From: an uncultured archaeon
GTDB taxonomy: Archaea > Asgardarchaeota > Lokiarchaeia > Sigyniarchaeales > SOKP01
Reading direction: 5' to 3'
Assembly (NCBI GenBank): GCA_964388035.1
Contig: CAYLZE010000133.1
Span: 1-12,944 of the forward strand
Length of the DNA: 12,944 nt
In this document: one piece after another, positions 1 through 7,032 of the stretch
Position numbering within the stretch: position 1 is the stretch's first letter
Layout: each line of letters begins with the position of its first letter
The notes under the pieces: generated by a model
Databases searched by the model: none
The model's input: only the letters and a program-made list of their open reading frames with translations
What the model was told of the DNA's origin: nothing
Made by a program: the position numbers and the translations under genes

Positions 1-100
1 GATTTTTTGTCGACCTTTCCTGATAGATTTCTAATTTTTGATTCATTATTTAATTATTTAAAATACACTCAATTAAAAAAAAATCTTGTATTTGATTTAT

Positions 101-122
101 TACCCTTTCTTTTATAAGGGTA
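101..122. promoter_or_regulatory. Perfect 7-bp inverted repeat TACCCTT-N8-AAGGGTA overlapping a TATA-like box (TTTATAA, 111-117) upstream of the H+-ATPase
   Basis: The repeat is read directly from the sequence about 50-70 bp before the ATG at 172. The operator/promoter role is inferred. Confidence 0.45.
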
Positions 123-171
123 GGCAATGGATCATAGTATGAATTTTAACATTCTATAAAAAAGTGGTATC

Positions 172-2619
172 ATGAGTCAACAATTAATTACCTCAAAAGA
201 AGCTGAAAAACAAGAATTAAGCCAAGTATTTAGTCAATTAGAGTCAAGCGAAAAAGGATTAACTTCAGATGAAGCTCAGAAACGTTTAGAAAAGTTTGGA
301 CCTAATGAAATCATGGAAAAGAAGGAAAGTCCATATATCAAATTTCTCAAAAATTTCTGGGGTCCGATTCCCTGGATGATTGAGATCGCAGCAATATTAT
401 CCATTATCATCTCCCACTATGAAGATTTTGCCGTGATAATATCCATGTTACTTGTGAATGCGGTGGTTAGATTCTGGGAAGAAAATAAAGCGGATAATGC
501 AGTAGAATTATTGAAACAGAAATTAGCCTTGCAGGCAAAAGTATTACGAGATAATAAATGGACAGAAATGATGGCAAGAGATCTCGTTCCGGGTGATGTA
601 GTGCGCGTGCGCTTGGGAGATATAGTTCCAGGGGATATAAAACTCTTTGAAGGAGAATATCTTTCATTAGATGAATCCGCTTTGACGGGGGAATCGCTTC
701 CTGTGGATAAACAAATTTCTAATATTGCATATGAAGGTTCCATAGTAAGAAAAGGAGAAATGAACGGAGTTGTAGTAGGTACAGGTGGTAATACTTTTTT
801 CGGGAGAACCACAGCTTTAGTTTCTGAAGCAAAAACAACCAGCCATTTCCAGCAAGCTGTAATTAATATCGGAAATTATTTGATCATTTTCGCTGTTAGT
901 TTAGTGGCGCTTATTATCATCGTTGGGATAATAAGAAGCCAAGTAATTCTGCAACTCATCCAGTTTGCCTTAGTATTGACGATTGCTGCAATTCCAGTTG
1001 CCCTCCCTGCAGTTTTAATGGTCTCCATGGCAGTAGGGGCGGTAGATTTGGCGAAGAAAAAGGCATTGACAAAAAAGCTACTTTCTATTGAAGAGTTAGC
1101 AGGCATGGATATTCTTTGTTCTGATAAGACAGGTACAATCACCAAGAATGAAATTACTGTTGGTGAAATAAGAACTTTAGAAAATTTCACTCCTGAAGAT
1201 GTAATTTTGTATGGTGTTTTAGCATCGAGAAAAGAAGATAAAGATCCCATTGATGATGCATTTTTCAAGAAGTTTGAAGAGAATAAGGGAGATATTTCTA
1301 ACTATAAGATGGCAAAATTCACCCCCTTTGATCCCGTCATTAAACGAACTGAAGCTCTTATTGAAAAAGACGGTGAAAATTTCAAGGTTTCTAAGGGAGC
1401 AATCCAAGTAATTTTATCCTTGGTTTCGAATAAAGATGCGATTTCATCAAATATTAATAGCATTGGTGATAAGTTTGCATCTCAAGGATATCGTGCATTA
1501 GGTGTGGCCAAAACGGATAAAAATGGGACGTGGCATTATATAGGTGTTGCGGCTCTCTTTGACCCTCCACGAGATGATTCAGCAGAAGTAATAAAAAAAG
1601 CAATGGATTTAGGTGTTGATGTCAAGATGGTCACGGGAGATCACGCTGCAATCGCTAAACAAATGGCAGCTACCTTAGGAATGGGTACCAATATCATTTC
1701 CTCATCTGAGCTCTTGGAAAAAAAAGGGGAAGAGGCGGTAAGATTAGCCGAATCTGCAAATGGGTTTGCGGAAGTTTATCCCGAGCACAAATATCATATC
1801 GTTGAAAGTCTTCAAAGCAAGGGGCATGTAATAGGAATGACAGGAGATGGTGTAAATGACGCGCCGGCATTAAAGAAAGCCGATGTTGGAATAGCTGTTT
1901 CAAATGCAACGGATGCAGCTAAATCTGCTGCAGACATCGTTCTTACGGAACCGGGACTCTCTATAATAATCGGGGCAACAGAAGAAAGTAGGATTATTTT
2001 TGAGCGCATGAAAAGTTATGCTACCTATCGTATTGCTGAGACGGTAAGAGTACTAATTTTTCTAGTACTAGCTATTTTGATTTTTAGCGTTTATCCAATC
2101 TCCGCTCTCCTGATTGTCATACTAGCTCTACTAAATGATATTCCCATCATGACCATAGCATTTGATAATGCCAAACCAGCACCTAAACCCGTGCGCTGGA
2201 GAATGCAGCGGGTACTGATCATCGCTTCCACATTAGGTTTGATAGGAGTTGCATTTAGCTTTACAGTCTATTTAATCGCAAGAAATGTATTTTTGCTTAG
2301 TCCTCAGCCACTTCAAACACTAGTTTTCTTGAAATTAGCAGTTGCCGGACACATGACAATATATTTAACTAGATCCGAGGATAGAAATGTCTGGAACAAA
2401 CCATATCCTGCATGGATTCTTCTTTTAACATGTGAATCAACTCAATTTATGGCCACTATTTTCACGGTCTATGGCATTTTGATGGCACCAATTGGATGGC
2501 TTTTAGCCGGATTTGTATGGGGCTTTGCAGGAATTGAATTCATTGTAACTAATTATCTTAAAGTGGGAGTTATTAGATGGCTAAATCGAAGACGGGATAA
2601 AAAAATAGTTTCAGTTTAA
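172..2619 (+). CDS. P-type H+-transporting ATPase, type IIIA (plasma-membrane proton-efflux ATPase family)
   Basis: 815-aa ORF with all core P-type motifs: TGES, DKTGT (phospho-Asp318), KGA, DPPR, MVTGD and TGDGVNDAPALKKAD. IIIA signatures are GPIPWMIE, IPVALPAV (M4), YATYRIAETVR (M5) and ALLNDIPIMTI (M6 proton-acceptor Asp). About 10 hydrophobic segments. Confidence 0.95.
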   Translation: MSQQLITSKEAEKQELSQVFSQLESSEKGLTSDEAQKRLEKFGPNEIMEKKESPYIKFLKNFWGPIPWMIEIAAILSIIISHYEDFAVIISMLLVNAVVRFWEENKADNAVELLKQKLALQAKVLRDNKWTEMMARDLVPGDVVRVRLGDIVPGDIKLFEGEYLSLDESALTGESLPVDKQISNIAYEGSIVRKGEMNGVVVGTGGNTFFGRTTALVSEAKTTSHFQQAVINIGNYLIIFAVSLVALIIIVGIIRSQVILQLIQFALVLTIAAIPVALPAVLMVSMAVGAVDLAKKKALTKKLLSIEELAGMDILCSDKTGTITKNEITVGEIRTLENFTPEDVILYGVLASRKEDKDPIDDAFFKKFEENKGDISNYKMAKFTPFDPVIKRTEALIEKDGENFKVSKGAIQVILSLVSNKDAISSNINSIGDKFASQGYRALGVAKTDKNGTWHYIGVAALFDPPRDDSAEVIKKAMDLGVDVKMVTGDHAAIAKQMAATLGMGTNIISSSELLEKKGEEAVRLAESANGFAEVYPEHKYHIVESLQSKGHVIGMTGDGVNDAPALKKADVGIAVSNATDAAKSAADIVLTEPGLSIIIGATEESRIIFERMKSYATYRIAETVRVLIFLVLAILIFSVYPISALLIVILALLNDIPIMTIAFDNAKPAPKPVRWRMQRVLIIASTLGLIGVAFSFTVYLIARNVFLLSPQPLQTLVFLKLAVAGHMTIYLTRSEDRNVWNKPYPAWILLLTCESTQFMATIFTVYGILMAPIGWLLAGFVWGFAGIEFIVTNYLKVGVIRWLNRRRDKKIVSV

Positions 2620-2647
2620 TTCTTTTCCAATCTTAATTGACCTATTA

Positions 2648-2659
2648 TTTTTTTTTTTT
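2648..2659 (+). terminator. Oligo-T (T12) archaeal-type terminator after the ATPase
   Basis: T12 run starting 29 nt after the stop codon, preceded by pyrimidine-rich sequence. Confidence 0.55.
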
Positions 2660-2830
2660 AAATATTTCGCTAAAAAAGATAATTTAACTTAAAATCTGAA
2701 ATAAATTTGTTTAAATAGAATACTTACCATCATTTTTTAAGGATCATGTTATAAAAAACTTTCGATATTCAATAATACAACCAAAATTAACACTTAAATG
2801 ATTGTATAACACAAAAAGGGGGTATTAATT

Positions 2831-3205
2831 TTGTTTGAAAACGATGAAAAAGTTAAAAAGCATCTACCGAGAAAAGAAGTACTTCTAATTCTTAGTATTT
2901 TTTATATTTTAATAATACTTTTTGTATATGTTGCTTTGAGAGATAGCAATACAAATCCCTATATTATTTTAATAGTTATCATCATTTTATGCCTTCCGTT
3001 TACATATCCCATCAAAAAGATATACACAATGATTAAGAAAGGAGAACCTATTTTCACAGATAAGGTTGAAAGCAAAAAAAGAACAAAAACCAATTTAACT
3101 TTTCCCCCTCCTGCCGATTTAGTACATAAATGTGGAAACTGTGGCTTTATTGTACTTAAATCGATGAAGAAATGCCCAAATTGCGGAGCGGATCTGACAA
3201 TATAA
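2831..3205 (+). CDS. Small membrane protein with two N-terminal TM helices and a C-terminal C4 zinc ribbon
   Basis: 124-aa ORF with a TTG start 8 nt after a GGGGG SD-like run (2818-2822). Two hydrophobic stretches (VLLILSIFYILIILFVYVAL and YIILIVIIILCLPFTY) and CGNCG-x9-CPNCG at the C-terminus. Confidence 0.8.
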   Translation: MFENDEKVKKHLPRKEVLLILSIFYILIILFVYVALRDSNTNPYIILIVIIILCLPFTYPIKKIYTMIKKGEPIFTDKVESKKRTKTNLTFPPPADLVHKCGNCGFIVLKSMKKCPNCGADLTI

Positions 3206-3479
3206 AATAAGCTAATTAAAGCTAATGAAATAAAATCTGGTATGTAGGTTTTTCCATTAAACCAATTGATGATGCTACTGAGGGTGAAGAATGTACAGAT
3301 TTAAATATACATTGAGATAATATTTAATAAAAGAAAAACGAATTAGAAACTTCTTTGTTCGGAATTAATTCAATTAATAGAAATAATAACAATTAATAAA
3401 AAAATAATTTGAGCGTGATTAAAACATTAATTCAACCATCTCAGATCAAGTAAATGAAGAAGTCCGTTTATATCGATAT

Positions 3480-4694
3480 GTGGAAAAATTTTGCTTTCAT
3501 CGGCAAGTAGGCACGAAAGGGGAGCAAGAGGCAGTGGAATTAACAAAAAAAGTTTTCAAGGAAATAGGATATAAAGAAGAGCAAATTGAAAAGGAACCTT
3601 TTAGATTTTCTGATTTTTATTCTGTGCATCTGATTAAATTAATGATCGTCATCAATCTCTTTTCCATATCCTTGATTTTCGTTATAAAGAACTTATTTCC
3701 CATATTCACGTATATTACCATTTTAATCATGCTGGCGGTTGTTATTTTTATTCTTAAAACAGCCCGGCATCCCGAAATTAGGGGATTTTGGGAAAATAAT
3801 TTCGGTAAGTGGATTTCTGCTACTAGTGTCATTGCAAAAGTTCAGGCAAAAACTTTAAATCCCTCTAAGGTGGGGGATATAATTGTTTCAGCACATTTGG
3901 ATTCAAAGTCGCAATCATACAAAACAATATGGAGGGTTATATTGTATAGCATTTGGTTATACAGTGAAATTGCTCTTGGAATGTTTTATGTATTTTTTTT
4001 AATCACGGTACACGAGTTATTCATATTTTCCACGATCTTTATTTACATCTATGAAACTGGAATTATAATTTCCACAATCTTATTAATAATATCAAATCTA
4101 ATTTTATTCTTTCTTAAAACGGACAACAAATCAGTGGGAGCATTGGATAATGCTTCCGGAATGGCAATCGTCTTCGAATTGAGCTCTTACTTCTTATTTC
4201 ATCCTCTTAATCAATTTAATCTGTGGTTTTGCCAATTTTCTGCGGAAGAATTGGGTACTATGGGATCCCGAACTTTCCTTGACAATCGAGAGAGCCAATT
4301 TGAAAAAGGAAAGATCTTTCAAATCAACTTCGACATGGTATCACGAAAAGGTCACGAAAAGAATTTAATCGAATATATCCAATCTTATGGTCTGATGCCT
4401 CCTAAAAAGATCTCTCCCATTTTGAATAAATATCTTAAGAAAGCAGCAGAATACGAGAATTTAAAAATACAAGGTTTTAATGCCACAGTTGGCGCCCACA
4501 CGGATTCGCTTCCCTTCCACCAAAGACGTTATGATTCGGTAGATATAACCACTCGTGCTGCGACAAAATACACGCATAGCGAGCAGGACACTATTGACAA
4601 GGTAGATCCCTTAATCTTATTAGAAGCGACTCAAATCGTAAAAAGGATTTTATTGATGTTAGATGAAAAATTTTCCTTTTCTCATAAAGAATAG
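3480..4694 (+). CDS. M28-family zinc metallopeptidase with internal transmembrane segments; true start probably upstream of 3480
   Basis: M28 motifs SAHLDS (H139/D141), GALDNASG (D223), FSAEELG (E256/E257), INFDMV (D285) and YTHSEQD (H366). Hydrophobic inserts at about aa 51-92 and 153-212. The frame is open upstream to 3423. Confidence 0.88.
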   Translation: MEKFCFHRQVGTKGEQEAVELTKKVFKEIGYKEEQIEKEPFRFSDFYSVHLIKLMIVINLFSISLIFVIKNLFPIFTYITILIMLAVVIFILKTARHPEIRGFWENNFGKWISATSVIAKVQAKTLNPSKVGDIIVSAHLDSKSQSYKTIWRVILYSIWLYSEIALGMFYVFFLITVHELFIFSTIFIYIYETGIIISTILLIISNLILFFLKTDNKSVGALDNASGMAIVFELSSYFLFHPLNQFNLWFCQFSAEELGTMGSRTFLDNRESQFEKGKIFQINFDMVSRKGHEKNLIEYIQSYGLMPPKKISPILNKYLKKAAEYENLKIQGFNATVGAHTDSLPFHQRRYDSVDITTRAATKYTHSEQDTIDKVDPLILLEATQIVKRILLMLDEKFSFSHKE

Positions 4695-4789
4695 GCATCT
4701 TTTGATGGAGCTGTTGGATAATTAGCTTGAACCTTTATTTATTTTCTTAATTAAATATATATTACTAGTATCATCTAATAACATGTCTT

Positions 4790-4798
4790 AAAAAAAAA
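4790..4798 (-). terminator. Oligo-T (T9 on the minus strand) candidate terminator for the phosphorylase gene
   Basis: A9 run on + about 57 nt downstream of the minus-strand stop at 4855, within the convergent gap. Confidence 0.4.
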
Positions 4799-4854
4799 TT
4801 AGAAAATCCCCATTATTGGTTTAAATATAAAAAGGGGATAATTTTTTCCTTGGA

Positions 4855-6558
4855 TTAATCAATACCTCTCCATAACGGTTGCCGTTCAATTTTATAAGCT
4901 TTTTTCGCATATTCTTCAACCATGCGGTTTGTATTAAAATAAGAACCTATCATAATGGCATATTTCATTCGCTTTTGCCATTCTTTTTTGTTAGTTTGAA
5001 AGCAGGGAATAATTTGTTTTTCCAGTTTTTGATACAAATCCTCCGCATCCGCACGATCATCCACTTTTTCAGCATTGGGATCATCCGGTTCAGGACCGAT
5101 TGCCCAACCTGCCATCTTCTCTGATAAATAATAACCCTCAATCCACCATCCATCCAACGTGGAGAAATTTAACACGCCATTCATCGCCGCTTTCATCCCG
5201 CTGGTACCGCTTGCTTCATTGTATCTCCTCGGGTTATTAAGCCATAAATCAGCACCGCTTACCATTAATTTTGCAAGTTCTAGTTCGTAATTTTCCAAAA
5301 ATTTTACGCCAATTTCATACGAATTCCATAAATATTCGCTAATATCATCAATCTTTTTTATGTATGATTTGGATTGAACATCCGCAGGATGGGCTTTTCC
5401 TGCAAACAGGAGCTGTGCCTTATTTTTAATCATATGAGCCAATCGTTCCACATCCGTGAAGATTAATAAAGGTCTCTTATACTCCGCCATTCTCCGAGCG
5501 AAACCAATGGTCAACAATTCCTCACCAAATAAAATCCAAGAATGGGACCTTTCATACTTTATTAAATCCCTTTTTGCTTTCAAATGCGTTCGCCAAAGCT
5601 CATAATCATCTAGTTCTAATGCCTTTTCAAGATTATGAATATTATGATGCCAATCCTGACCCCATTCATTATTTAAAAAATTCCTCATGTAATTAGAAAG
5701 CCAATAACCATGATTAACTCCGTTGGTAATGGAATCAATATTATATCCCGGAAACATTTTTCTTGAAATTTCAGCATGTTTTTTAGATACCGCATTTACA
5801 TAACGACTTCCATTAAGGGCCAAAATCGTCATGTTCAGACCATCTTTTCCCGCCAACTCTTTTATATTTTTTGGTAATCTTTCACGAAACACGTCCCGAG
5901 CTAAGTCATAATCAAATTCTTCAAGACCCGCTTTCACGGGGGTGTGGGTGGTAAAGACACAATGCTTTTTTGCCTCCTCAAGAGACTTGTATTTTTCTAA
6001 CAATTCAAATACGATAAAAGCAGCATGTCCTTCGTTTAAGTGGTAAGTAGCTACTTCATTATATCCTAACTTTTCCAACATTCTATAACCGCATATTCCT
6101 AAAATCATTTCTTGTGCTATTCTCTCAAACCTATTAGCATCATAGAGAACGCGTGTTAAATTTCGCTGCCAAGGTTCATTTATGGGCAAATCTGTATCTA
6201 ATAGAATTACGGGAACTACATGGCCCGTTCTTCCCACTACATTATATTGCCAAGCTTCAACACCGATTACTTTATCTTGCAATTTTAAATCAACTTTTTG
6301 ATTCAATTTGATGAAATCCGTGCCGAAATCCCATTCCATCTCCTTTTCAATTTGTTTCCCATCTGGAGAAATTTGTTGATAAAAATAACCCGCATTGTAT
6401 GTTAAAGTTACTGCAACTAAAGGAACCCCCATATCTGCTGCAGAACGAAGAGTATCTCCCGCTAGAACACCTAATCCTCCAGAATAAATAGGAACGCTGC
6501 TTTCCAGCGCAATTTCCATGGAAAAATAAGCAATTTTTTGATTTTTTTCCTTGATCAT
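4855..6558 (-). CDS. glgP: Alpha-glucan (glycogen/maltodextrin) phosphorylase, GT35, short form
   Basis: Motifs AYFSMEI, YSGGLGVLAGD, HLNEGH, VFTTHTPV, ITNGV, GFARRMAEYKR, FAGKAHPAD and EASGTSGMKA (PLP-binding Lys), plus STLDGWW. The ATG at 6558 (MIKEK...) follows an AGGTTG SD-like element and is preferred over the TTG at 6576. Confidence 0.95.
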   Translation of the reverse strand: MIKEKNQKIAYFSMEIALESSVPIYSGGLGVLAGDTLRSAADMGVPLVAVTLTYNAGYFYQQISPDGKQIEKEMEWDFGTDFIKLNQKVDLKLQDKVIGVEAWQYNVVGRTGHVVPVILLDTDLPINEPWQRNLTRVLYDANRFERIAQEMILGICGYRMLEKLGYNEVATYHLNEGHAAFIVFELLEKYKSLEEAKKHCVFTTHTPVKAGLEEFDYDLARDVFRERLPKNIKELAGKDGLNMTILALNGSRYVNAVSKKHAEISRKMFPGYNIDSITNGVNHGYWLSNYMRNFLNNEWGQDWHHNIHNLEKALELDDYELWRTHLKAKRDLIKYERSHSWILFGEELLTIGFARRMAEYKRPLLIFTDVERLAHMIKNKAQLLFAGKAHPADVQSKSYIKKIDDISEYLWNSYEIGVKFLENYELELAKLMVSGADLWLNNPRRYNEASGTSGMKAAMNGVLNFSTLDGWWIEGYYLSEKMAGWAIGPEPDDPNAEKVDDRADAEDLYQKLEKQIIPCFQTNKKEWQKRMKYAIMIGSYFNTNRMVEEYAKKAYKIERQPLWRGID

Positions 6559-7022
6559 AATATACAACCTAACCAAACATAGTTTATTACAATGAATAAT
6601 TTAATTTCTAAAGTGTGTTCTATTCTTTCTATTATTAATGATAAATTAATACTTAAGGATAATAAAATATTAAAGAACAAAATAGAGATCAGATAAAAAG
6701 AAAAATCTCATCCTCTATAATAGAAAAATAAAATAAGAATATTTGCCTTCGAATTCTAAAATTTAAAGATTCTCTCAATGAGGGATAACCTTAAAGAATT
6801 CTCAAAAGGGTAATAATGTTAGGTTTTTTTTATGAAATGGTTTCTCTTTCTTCCGTAATTTAAACAATCTAATAAACAATTGTAAAGGAACAAGCCCATG
6901 ATATTATTATTCTTGATATTAATTTAAAATTTTCTAGATTTCATTTGAAATAGTATTAAATAGTTTGAAGATTAATATTTCGTTAATTATATTTATTAAA
7001 AGTAATAAACAGTGATGTAAAA

Positions 7023-7028
7023 AGGTGA
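7023..7028 (+). promoter_or_regulatory. Archaeal-type Shine-Dalgarno AGGTGA for hppA
   Basis: AGGTGA lies 4 nt upstream of the ATG at 7033 and is complementary to the conserved 16S 3' end. Confidence 0.65.
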
Positions 7029-7032
7029 AAAT

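Noticed and set aside
417-2009. Six minus-strand ORFs (62-131 aa) inside the ATPase gene
   Set aside because: They are antisense shadows of a strongly supported CDS and have no recognisable motifs.
3209-3226. AAGCTAAT direct repeat x2
   Set aside because: Short and AT-rich, so compatible with chance or slippage.
3617-3832. 71-aa minus-strand ORF within the M28 gene
   Set aside because: Antisense shadow ORF with no independent support.
4806-4839. ATCCCC...GGGGAT inverted repeat in the M28/glgP convergent gap
   Set aside because: A 6-bp stem with a 22-nt loop could at most contribute to termination; too weak to call.
4879-5153. 81-aa (+) and 62-aa (-) ORFs overlapping glgP
   Set aside because: Alternative-frame or antisense ORFs fully inside a conserved gene.
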